From Mizuhopecten yessoensis (lineage: Eukaryota), in contig NW_018408710.1 in NCBI RefSeq assembly GCF_002113885.1, positions 491,902-555,901 of the forward strand: DNA of 64,000 nucleotides. The letters are read 5' to 3'. Position 1 is the first letter of the stretch; each line of letters starts with the position of its first letter. The notes under the pieces are model-generated. The model did not search any database. It worked only from the letters and a program-made list of their open reading frames with translations, and was not told the origin of the DNA. The position numbers were made by a program, and so were the translations under genes. This document shows, piece after piece, positions 37,658 to 49,545 of this stretch.

Positions 37658-39077
37658 TTACACCAACTTTTCGTAGATCACATGAGGGACAGTCGTCTGC
37701 GACCTGACTCCCAGTGACATTTCCTGTATGGTATTCTTCTTTTTGGACACCGAAAACATGGGGAGGCAGGATTTTGCGACTTTGATGTCATTGAATGTGT
37801 ATAGAATGCAGTTGTTTGCGCTGTCCAACACTGAAAATGTCCTTGTTTTCAGATTCAGGAAAAACCCGAAATGTAAATAGAAGTCATCATTAGACCATTC
37901 CAAGTCCTTTGCTGGCATTAGGTTCATCCTGCCGTTAACCCCGAATTCTAACCTCACAAACTTCTTGCCGTATTTTACCGCTCTACACGTGTATGACGTG
38001 TGTGTGGTGTACGTGCGCCCGGTGCCATCACCATAGCCAACTTTGTGTGCACAACAAATACCAAGATCGAAAGCCCATTCATGGGCAGTTTTTAAGAGAT
38101 GGCCCATCCGATACTTGACCTTCAGTTCCCAGTAGTTGTATGCCCCCGTCAGCTCGCGGAGTCCGAACGTCCCGGCGATAGTCGGACAGTTTAATTCCTG
38201 GAACTTGACGTCATTTCCGGCTCCCTTCCCAAGCAACCGCATTCCGTCGCTGTCTACCACAATTTCTTTTGAGGCTTTCTTCGCATCAAATACGACGTCA
38301 CCTAAAACACCACAAAAGGATTGCAAAACAAAAACTTTCAAAAATATAACAGCACTACTATTTCATATTACATCGTTAGGACGTCATTAGTGCACGTCAT
38401 ATACAGCCTGTATGATTGTAATGTCACAAGCAATGGATGGTTCTGAGAAATCTAAAGCACCAGGTGAAAGCGTCCAATGTACGTTGCTTAGCTGAATTGG
38501 TTAAAACGATGAAATGAATTGGCACCATCATATTATTTGTTGTACGTACTTAACATATTTCTTTAAAATTGTTCGCGTCTAGGCTGCAACGATGTACAAT
38601 TTGATTTGAATAGCATCCGAAACGCTACCATTTATCTAGAAATAAGCTCAAATGTAGAGTAATCAAGAAACGGCACTGGAAGTTCGTTAGGTCGTGTCAC
38701 TTGTTTTTTTTAAATCTTTCTATTTCATCACTTCAATAATTCTCATTCGGTGATCCGCTGTCACAGACAAATACATTTATATGTGGCGCTGTTATTGACG
38801 AGTTATTTACCAGCATGGATAGATTATAACACATGAACATCAACTCCAACATGGTTATCGAACTGACAATGTTAACATAGTCATACCGTGATGAACTGTT
38901 ATTTGCTTCGAGCATGACAGACAGGAATTGATGGGTTGAATTGATAAACCCCTGGAACGACGCCATGAATAAGTTTTTTTTCAAAACATTTTCGGGAAAA
39001 AATAATTCTTTGAACTTGAATAATGATGGTGGTCTTCTGCTGATACAGAGAACTAGGTATCCTAGACTTTGCAATGG

Positions 39078-39108
<31 letters not shown>

Positions 39109-42100
39109 ACTACAATCACTGCATGGTTGCCAGAAAGTTATCAATTTAGCAACGTCCAGCTGAGAGAAACAGTACTAAGGCAAGGCAATCCAGTCAAACA
39201 CAGGGTCACGTTACAAATGTCTGAGATACGGGTCACAACACACATAAACATACACGTATGTGTGTTGTGACCCGTATCAGGATAGCGTATGTGTATTTCA
39301 GACATTTGTCGTGACCCTGTGAGTCAAATAAAAGCCAGTGGCCATTTACCGTTAACCTTGCCTTTTCATTTTCTGACGACGAGTAGTCCGACCAAGCTCT
39401 TTGTTCGGCGTACCGTCACGAGACAATCACTTTGGAAGACGGCTTCCCATGATGAATAAGACTTTTCGAGGTAGTATATTGAGGTAAGTTGACATGTTTT
39501 TTTACAAGATGACAAACATAAATACTGTGTTATGATACATCGAATGACCTTTATGTACTTACTTGTGATGGCGGGGAGAGTGGTCACGTCGACGAAGCCC
39601 TTTGTCCCGGGCCTGCCTTGCACCCAGACGGACACGCGGTACGTGGTATCATGCCACAGACGAGTCACCACCACACCCGTGTCGCACACACCGTAGATTT
39701 CGCGTGTGCTTCGCTCCGTGCCTACGTCACACTGAAGCTGGATGTCGAACACTCGGCCGTCGCCGTGTGACCATTCCAGGACGACACTGGCCCCGTTCTC
39801 ACCCCATCTCCGACCCACTACCGGAATCTGTACTTTCTCCTCCACTGGTCGGAAGCAAAAACAGGTGTAAACTAGATTAAAATTTAGTGCTAATGAAACC
39901 CGTGTTTCTGTTTTTTATAAAATATACATTACACTGTATTTATGCAGCACAGTTCAGAGCCATAAGTGACTAATATTTACATCTGCTCTGCATTGCCACT
40001 ATATAACACTACAATGGCGAGTTCCGTGTTATGAGACCATATAACACAGGCGTAATGATATCTACACGTACGGGTCCAACTAACTACCAGGTCGCTATTC
40101 CCCTCCACACTAGCAAGCAGATAAGCAAACAAAACCACTATGACTCAATAATATTCACCGTTTTATGTGAGACTATTATAAAATGTGAATTGAATATATT
40201 GATTGATTAAATTATGGAAATAGTATCGATATTATTGTGTTTATTTCCAAGAACTATATTTTTTACGGGAAAAGTCACGAGACAACATTCCGTGGGCAAT
40301 TCCATGGGCTGTTCTATCTCTTGAACAAACACCGCTAAATTTGAATTTAAAAGTGCGTTGTGAACTTGTAAATGAAAATAAAAAAACTGGAAAATGTAAA
40401 TATAACCATTAAACAGCATTCTGTTCCGTGCTAACGCGCGTTACTCATCTTGTCTGCAATGGTGTTCCGTGTCAGTTGACCATAACATGGAACATAACGT
40501 TGTTTAGTGCTTTAAAAATAAACCAGTTTTTGCTTTCGAATTATTTATTAAATACATATCTGGTAATCTTACTACAGAAATACTAGATATTGCAGTAGCC
40601 CAGAAACCGGAAACATGTTCGCTTAAACTCATTAGTTGTTATCCACTGATGAAATCGACGAATTGAAAAAAGCATCGGTTTAAGCGCCATTTTAGTTTAT
40701 AGTAACGTGACGTCATCATCCGTTCTCGACGTCGTTTTGTCTGCCGTTTTTGTTTGGCGCAAATTTTTGAGAAGCAAACTGAACAAAAACGGGGTAATGA
40801 TAAGCAATGCTTTGAAAATATTCATTTAAGGAGGTTCCACCCTTTCGAAATTAACCAGTAGAATTCATTGAAACTTTCATATAATGGTTATGCAACAGTG
40901 TTGAGGTGTTTTCACGAAAATCTAAGCCTTCCGATTTTTTGGGGGAAATGCCTTATATGCAAAACGGCAATGACGTCACGAAAATTCAACGGGAATAAAC
41001 ATGTGTATTGCGAAGGGCTGAGAGCCCTTAAACGTGAACAGATAGTAGTGCCTTCGCCTGTTTATACCATCATTATATCAATGAACCAAAATGTCCCTTC
41101 ATGTTAAATTATGCAAAATCTTGTTGAATTTCATCTGAACGACCGTGTGAATAGCTGAGGATGCGTCATACTTACACATATCCCCTCCGCCCATACTATC
41201 TCGAATTATACCATCTGAAATAGTAAAAAAAGCATTAGTTGTCCATTTGTTTATATTTTCTTTAGCCAAACCTTACTAAATATATTGATAAATAGATGTT
41301 CCAGTAGTCCATGTATCAAATATGTAATAAAATAACAATCTCATACCTCTTATTTTATTTACCACTTCTTTTACCTCCAAAGTGTATAACGGTTTCCCCT
41401 TTTCCTTGTTTTATTTTCCAATGTCTCCTACGATTAGTCGACTAATTATTTTGTAACTTCAACATTGGCAAACCAAATGCTGACAGTATAACTATGTGTC
41501 ATTGCTCCTTACCAATCAAACACTAGTCTGACCCTTCCATCAGACACCAACTTAATTAACAAGCACTTCCAAAACTTTAAGGTCCTTTACTTAAAAAATA
41601 AAAAGTTTAATGAACATCATAAAGAACACATGGCGGCTCCACACACATTTAACGAAATCGTCGTCATTGTCCTAAATTCGACTGTGTTAGTTCAACATTA
41701 TAGACCTGTAAGCTGTTATTTAACGCGTTATGACTACTGAATGGCAATACAAAACATAAATGAACCAAGAACAAACACAATCTGTTCCGCGAAACATATA
41801 CGTACTTTCCTGTTCCGCCAAACATACATTTATAATGTACCAGTCCGTCAGCTCTCCCACAAGAGGACTGACCCAATACGTACCTATCTGTCCCGCTGTT
41901 GTATCTGTCAGAGCATTTTGGATTCGGCGGATGGCGGCGTCCGCTGTGGCCGGAAGTTGGCTGACTTTCTGGTCTTCTGAGAATGTAAATTCCAGCTTAT
42001 CTTTTGTCTGTTCCATCCTGGACAAAGAAAAGACGAAGAAAAAACGAGACAATAAAAAAGGTAAATGTGCGGAATCAGCTATGATTAGACCACATTTAAG

Positions 42101-45100
42101 ATTGTTCGTTCGTTGATATCATAAAATAGAAATAAAACGTCACGTACGTTTTCTGGTGTCAACGTTAGAATTAGTAAAATTTCATCACCGTCAGGTCAGG
42201 ATGGGTAAACATTTCATCACCGTTAGGATGGGTAACATTTCATCACCGTTAGGATGGGTAAACATTTCATCACCGTCAGGATGGGTAAACATTTCATCAC
42301 CGTTAGGATGGGTAAACATTTCATCGTCATTATAAGACTAGAAAGATGTTATAGCCATTTAAAAGGATAACATTTCTTCTCCATAAGAATCGGTATCATT
42401 TCATCTCCATGATAATCGGTAGCATTTCATCTCTATGAGAATCGGTAGCATTTCATCTCTATGAGAATCGGTAGCATTTCATCTCAATGAGAATCGGTAG
42501 CATTTCATCTCTATGAGAATCGGTAGCATTTCATCTCTATGAGAATCGGTAGCATTTCATCTCTATGAGAATCGGTATCATTTCATCTCCATGGCAATCG
42601 GTAGCATTTCATCTTGATGAGAATCGGTAAGATTTCATCTCCATGACAATCGGTAATATTTCATCTCTAATAAAACCAGTATATTTTCTAAACTATTCTG
42701 ATAATTTATTCTCAGAACATTACTTTGCCATTACCTTCTTTGCAGTGCAATCATGTTCTGAAATAAAAGAAAAAAACATGTTAAAGTTAATACACGATAG
42801 AAAACATCGTAATAAGGTATAGATCAATGTTTGGTAACGACATAATGTTGCAATAGATCCATGGTAATATATTGAAAAATATTATCCTCAAACATTAAAT
42901 GTTGTCATGGATACAGGTTAACGAATCTATAAACTGTACATATTGTCATAGATACATGATTACGTATCATCAAATTGTTTATGTTGTCATAGAAACAAGG
43001 TGAAGCATCCTCCAAAAGTGTATGTTGTCTTGGATAAAAAAATACTTGTTGTCATATATTTACTGGATAACGTACAAATGTAAATAGTTACTGGATAATG
43101 TATACCGAAAACCATATGTTGTCATAGTTACTGGATAACGTATACCGAAAACCATATGTTGTCATAGTTATATAATAACGTATACCGAAAACCATATGTT
43201 GTCATTGTTATATAATAACGTATAAAGAAAACTATATGTTGTCATAGCTATATAATAACGTATAACGAAAACCATATGGTTTAATAGTTACTGGATAACG
43301 TATACCGAAAACCATATGTTGTCATAGTTATATAATAACGTATACCGAAAACTATATGTTGTCATTGTTACTGTAAAACGTATACCGAAAACCATATGTG
43401 GTCATAGTTACTGGATAACGTATACCGAAAACCATATGTTGTCATAGTTATATAATAACGTATACCGAAAATCATATGATGTAATAGTTACTGGATAACG
43501 TAAACTGAAAAACAATATGTTGTCATAGTTACAGGATTTCATTTTCTCAAAAAGTTGTTAATAACTTACATAATGCCTTACACACAAACAGCCGAAATTG
43601 GACACTAGCCAGAAACAGTCAAAAATGACTAATAATAATTTATATAGACTATTGGGTAATAAAATTTGTTATTACCCAATAGTCTATATAAATTATAATT
43701 AGTCATTTTTGACTGTTTCTGGCCTTTTGTCCAATTTCGCCTGTAGGGGTGAAACAGTCAAAGCGAACTGTTACCCGGCGCGAATTCGATGCGCAGAAAT
43801 CCCCCCTCGAGAGCCCCGTTCAAGCGTTGTGGTGACCTCATCATTACATGCAGCGTTGATACTGATATGTATTTGGTAATAAAACAATTGTTTCATGGCT
43901 ATTTGGGGAACAGTCAAAACTATCATCCCGAGGTAGGGGGAAGCCCGGTGGAACTGTTTGTTTGAGGCCGCTAGGTTTTAATATAAAATATATTATTTTA
44001 TATTTATATAAATAAAAATATCGAAAACAAGGAACAATGTGTATTGTATATTGTATATTGTTTAAGAGTCATTTTTACATAACAACTTACACCAATTGTT
44101 TATAGTGTCAGTTACAGGACGTCGTCTATAGATATGATGTCATAGATACAGGGTTACGTATTCCGCGGCTTAGATAAAGCCAAAGGTAGTTTGTTTTACT
44201 TTTTAGCGACAGCAACATTATGCTATCACAATAATTGAAGTTATCATAAACGATGCCTCACGTGACTACCCAATGACGTATAAGAAAACGTGTTACCGTA
44301 ACAAGTTCGGACTGAGTCCCATGACCATTGACCTCCAGCAGGGCCTGGCCCTCCCCTATCAGCCCTGTTGCCTGTACGAGTTTCTGTCTAGCTCTATCCA
44401 GCTCTGTCTCTGTTTTTATGAAGTATCCGGTAAAACCTAGCTTGGTCTCCGCCCGAAGTTTGGTCTGTCTGTCTTGTATAACTTTGCCGATTCTCTCTAT
44501 TTCCCGGTTTATTTCCCGCAGCTTGCTGACTTCAGCCTCCTAAATAAAAATATCGAAAACAAGGAACAATGTGTAACTTTCTAAAACGGGAAGGAATACG
44601 CGTTTTGGCTTTGGCGGAAATGTATTAGGTATCGATAGTCTGAATTATTGTGAAAAAGATACTATGTTATAATTCTAATTGTCGTTAACTTCGCTCGTTA
44701 TTGTAAAAGAGAGAAAAATAGACGGCAAAATAAAAGCATTTTGACGTATAAACAAATATATGAAAATATAACATTGATTTCTTTCTCAAAAGATTTTTTT
44801 TTTCGTGTTTCATAACGTCCCTTTTTTAAACTGAAAAGGCTACTCGAAATGTTTTTGATGTATTAAAGAAACAAAAACAGGGGCCGTATTCATGAAACCG
44901 TTCTCATGCTCAAACTTATATCCTGGACTGAAACACAATTTCTTGTTTGAGTAATTAATTAAAAAAAAAGCGTTTCGTCAATGAAGCCAAATACCATTTT
45001 CATATTATTATTCCCGCAGTGAATCGAACCGCGATCCTCAGCGTACTGTTTACTCATACAGACTGACTTGTGTTACCTTGGTGATTTGAAACTCGCTCTC

Positions 45101-47805
45101 TTTATCACCGACCTGCTTCGCCAACTCCCGTTTCACCACCTCCATATCCAAGATACTGGCTTTTAAACTCGTCTGTGGGGTGAAAATCAGCAATAAAAAG
45201 TACAATTATCGAGAAATAATAGATTTGTTTTGTGACATTGACCTTTATCAATTACTTGCAAAATCGATAGCTTAGCCCATTATAGTCTTTAGTCATGATT
45301 CTTGTTTTCAAATCAACACAAGACCAATATATATTTATATAGTAGTCTCAATACATATACCTCGTACACCTAACATTTTTTGAAGTGTACGATCTACACA
45401 AATCATGTATCGTGACGTACAATAAGTGTTTCACGTAACGTCATTTTAGTTGGATTCTATGTCCATTTACTTCTTTTCAATTAATTTTCGTGATTTCTAT
45501 TTTCGTTCCAGTTTTGATGAATTTTAAACATAGCAAGAAAAACAGTCAATTCTTCTAAATTTATTTTTGATATTAATTTTAGAATATGATTATCCTTGAC
45601 AAAGTTATTCTAATATAACCTTTCCTTTCCAATGAAAAGTCATGGGAAGATGAAAGGCTTTTACAGAAAGAATTTAGTTTGTTTCTACAAAGTGACGGTA
45701 AAGGCTTGATTTGAAAGAGTTTGCTGTCAGGCATTGGCTAATTACCTAATCGTTAAAATTCAATACTTTTCAGAAAAGATCACCTCAGTGAGGGTACCCA
45801 AAATGGAACACTTTTCAAACAAACAAAAATCCTTAAAAAATCCTGAAAGACCAAATTTGTTACTGTAATAAAACAATACATGCCTGTAGCCTTCATTTTA
45901 TGTATTTCTTGGTTATCAAAAACACATGTGTTTATTTATAGAGTTCATTAAAGCGAGTCAGATTCACTTGGAAATTAAAGCTGGTCGAGTACCCAAAATG
46001 GAACAGTTGTCATATAAGACAGTTTATGAAAAGAACTGACAGTTTCTAAAACAATTTTCTTCATTTCAAAAAAGTTCTGACAATTTCTGACAAATTTCAG
46101 TAATTTATTCCCTAAAATATTTGATTAAACTTATATGTTTCCATAATAAGAATTATGATAGGATATTGATGTTGTCGCATCGTATCGTTTCCCGGAATAT
46201 TTTTTGTTGATTTCATTTTCTCAATATTTCAATTGAGTTTATGGGCATTGTTTAACAGGTATGCATATAGAATGTTCTCAAAATGCATAAAACTATATAA
46301 ATCTTGACGGACATACCATTCATTTTCATTGCAAAGTAAAAACTGCTGCATCATATATATATTAAGAGTACCCTATTTCGGGTACCCTCGTCCTAGACTT
46401 GCTGACAGTTTTAATGTTGTACTAAACTATTTACAGTGTGTACATCTAGTTTATTACAAAGAAATGTTATGGTTTGAACATTTCCATATCGTACCCCGTA
46501 TCAGCCCGAGGGTTGATAGGAACCCTCGACCCATATCAGCTTTCGGGCTAATACAGAGGTTTCGGGTTGATACGAGGTATGAAATGGAAATGGTAACATC
46601 GTAATCTCTGAACATCCTTATAATTAGGCTATTCGTATATGTATGCATTTTCAAACCATATTCCAAATGATAAAGTGTTAATCTCAATAAAGTAGCTCTC
46701 AAAACTTGTTGTGATCCCGATACGACCATACTTTATAATTTGAATCACAGACCCTACCAACTTACGTGACCTTCAGAACCAACCATCTTACGTGACCTTT
46801 AGAACCTACCATCTGACATGACCTTCAGTACCCACCATCTGACATGACCTTCAGTATCTACCAGTTGCAGACATGACCTTCAGTAGGTACCATCTGACAT
46901 GACCCTCAGAACCCACAATCTTACGTGACATTTAGTACCTACCATATGACATGACCTTCAGTACCTACCATATGCAGACATGACCTTCAGAACCCACCAT
47001 CTTACGTGACATTCGAACTCAGTACCTACCATCTGACGTGGCATTCAGTACCACCCTTGTAGCTACAGCCTAAATACTTATATATCTTATGTGACCTTAA
47101 GTACATGCCATCTGATGTGGCTTTAGTACTTCTACCTACCATCTGATGTGGCTTTAGTTGATTACCTACCATCTGCTGTGAAACAGCTTGTCTAATGCCG
47201 ACCAGGGTGTGACCCATGCCCTTGTGACTGGCCACAGCTAACTCAGCCTCCCTTCGGAGAACGACCTGACACTTTTCACAGAATAGGTCATTTAATACTT
47301 TGGTAGGGAATAAATGCTCATCTATGTCCCTCTCCCTAGGGTCGAACAGCTCGTGCTTTGCTAACGCCCCTCGCCTGGGATGAAGTTCTTCGCAACAAAA
47401 CTTGCAATATGATGTCTGACATTGTGTGCACGATCTGACGGCGTTCCTTGGCGGGACCGACTCACAGGCGTCACACGGCACCAACGGTTCCGGATACTTC
47501 TGGTCAGGCGCAAACTTCTGTACGATAGTAGCAATCAGATAGTTCTTCGGTAAGCCTGCAACGCCCTTCTCGTCCAAGACCCCAACCTGTCTACATTCGG
47601 GACACTCCAATACGCGTCGCTTCTGTTGCTGGTAGCGTTCCTGGTCTGTGAGGTTACTTTGCCACGGGGACCTTTGAGGGTCGGGACATTTTCTGCTGGC
47701 GAGGTCGTTTAGACAGGGGCGGCAGTACGTGTGGGCACACGGCAAGTTGACGGGGTCCCGGAAAATGTCCAGGCAAATCGGACAACTCAGTAACGACTCA
47801 TCCAT
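37658..47805 (-). CDS. Multi-exon TRIM protein (RING-Bbox-coiled coil-FN3-PRY/SPRY; MID1/TRIM9/TRIM36-like architecture), ~698 aa
   Basis: Exons 47805-47170, 45172-45077, 44539-44297, 42757-42735, 42017-41884, 41214-41176, 39844-39563, 38301-37658. All introns are GT-AG with compatible phases (0,0,0,2,1,1,1), giving 2097 nt open. Motifs: RING CPICLDIFRDPVNLPCAHTYCRPC...CPECR, B-box CDAC...CTQCQTSYCKFC...H, FN3 (LEW...LWHDTTYRVSV), SPRY (YNYWELKV...HFGFFLNLKTRTFSV). Confidence 0.85.
42178..42670. repeat. Intronic 27-bp and 26-bp minisatellites sharing the core catttcatc
   Basis: catttcatcaccgttaggatgggtaaa (~5 units) and gagaatcggtagcatttcatctctat (~11 units). Confidence 0.9.
43050..43535. 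repeat. 40-bp intronic minisatellite
   Basis: About 11 units of ataacgtataccgaaaaccatatgttgtcatagttactgg. Confidence 0.9.
45790..46389. mobile_element. Putative MITE
   Basis: 15-bp inverted termini GAGGGTACCC(A/G)AAAT; no clear TSD. Confidence 0.45.
46460..46612. repeat. Palindromic MITE-like hairpin
   Basis: catttccatatcgtaccccgtatcagcccga ... tcgggttgatacgaggtatgaaatggaaatg. Confidence 0.6.
46750..47175. repeat. ~28-bp minisatellite abutting the exon 1 donor of the SPRY TRIM
   Basis: Recurring cagtacctaccatctgacatgacctt. Confidence 0.8.
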
Positions 47806-48627
47806 CCTATCGGGTCCTATAAAGGATCGGTTCTATAAATACAATGAAAACAGACCGCTTAATGCTGTTGACAAAAATCCGTACAAGGTTTCCAGTCGGA
47901 AAAACTGGACGAGTTTCTTTTACGACCAACACAGGAACCGTCGTCAGATACCAATAAACATGATATCTCTAAGGAGACGACAATGGTGTTGTGACGTCAT
48001 AATCAATATGATGTAATAACGTCATGTGGTCAAAGACTTCATGGCATGTCGCAGAGTTTCAGTGGCCAGCGGAAAACTACCCAATTATCGGCATCGGCGC
48101 CAACTATTTTAAATATTTGAATATGTCTAAAACAGTCCAGTAGAAAGTGTCCGATGTACAATTGTTTATGAAATGTTGCGTACATTATTAAATGGTTCAT
48201 GTTTTGTCGTTGTCTTCATACTATTTGATAAACCAAATTGTAGGGTGAGGTTAACAAGAACCACCACCGAAAGTTTGAATTGCAGTACAAGATAGCAGAT
48301 TTCATCTGTTTGCTATTGTATATGTTTGTCGCTACCCTGGAGAGCACGGCGACTAGTGTGTTAGTCACGCCCTCGACGGACAATTGATATGATAATAAGC
48401 GGAGTGTATCCGAAGTTGCTACAGGTGGTGGCAAAACTTGTTCCGTATCCGGAGTAAATTGAACTACATTACCGCACGCATTAGAATGTGTGTCAACAGC
48501 TTATGGGAACAATAGAAAAACACTGAAGATACTAAGTAAGAGATACATACATATGTACCTTAGCTTGATGTTAAAAGAGGTATTGTACCGTTTCTTTTTT
48601 ATGACCATTATTTTTTTGAAATGGAAA

Positions 48628-48890
48628 TGGTGGTTGTGGGTGGTTTATGGGTTGTGAGTGGGTGGGGGTTGTGTGTGGTTTGGGGGTTGTGGGTGGTTGT
48701 GTGTGGTTTGGGGGTTGTGGGTGGTTTGGGGGTGGTTTGGGGGTTGTGAATGGGTGGGGGTTGTGGGTGGTTGTGGGTGGTTTGGGTTGTTGGGGGTTGT
48801 GGGTTAGGGTTGTAGGTAGTGTTGTGGGTGGTTTGGAGGTTGTGAGTGGTGTTGTGGGTGGTTTTGGGGTTATGGGTGGGTGGGGGTTGG
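48628..48890. repeat. GT-rich low-complexity repeat
   Basis: Degenerate gggggttgtgggtggttt units. Confidence 0.85.
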
Positions 48891-49009
48891 ATCCACCAAA
48901 GACATGAATCAAACCTAAACGATGGACCGGAACCTTTTTGTATTTTATTTATTTATTCTTCTTATCATTTATAACTTCTATATGTGGTATCCAAATATAA
49001 CGTATACCC

Positions 49010-49545
49010 ACCGACTGAAAGTCTAACAAGATCAATAGTGATAGTAGCTGCGTGCCTCCGTGTATTGATGCTGTTCTTACCAGCTCTGTTTAAAGATCCT
49101 TAATGCACTCCAGCAAAACAAAAAAGAATTGTGCCCTTTCTTTTCACGCCTCATTCCCTAAACAAGCAGGCTTCCCGATATAGAGTCGTTTCGACAGGTA
49201 CAATACTGCTTCACTGACCTCTAGTGTTACTGCCGCGCAGACAGACTCTACTCTTACTTTGTTTAGGGGGTTGGGTTGGTCGAGATGGCGGCCGAGTGCC
49301 GCTTTTATAACTTTCTATGAAGGGTTAATTCGAGTAAACCTGTTGTGACTAAACGTCTGTTTGGTTTCAGTTCGAACTTCCTTGGCCTCATCCTTATCCC
49401 AGCTGACTGTTCAGTCTGATAATTAACATGGATGCGGCAGCGCCCATGGGTTGTGAGGGATCGGGTTTGGAAGGGTCATTATAACCTCTTATCCAGACGT
49501 TCTGAGGTTGGTGACAACCCTCTGGTAACCACATATTGGGACCAT
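49010..49545 (+). ncRNA. Unidentified highly structured non-coding segment (candidate ncRNA or element UTR)
   Basis: Several nested stems that extend with G-U pairs on the plus strand, a GNRA-capped hairpin, and a hairpin followed by TTTT. No family recognised. Confidence 0.3.

Noticed and set aside
48571-48912. Pro/Thr-rich and Gly/Val-rich ORFs
   Set aside because: Both are translations of a low-complexity GT repeat.
49010-49545. Firm call as telomerase RNA, 7SK or RNase P/MRP
   Set aside because: There is no template of about 1.5 CCCTAA repeats, no paired GAUC/GAUC stem, and no matching P4 halves. It is kept only as an unidentified structured candidate.
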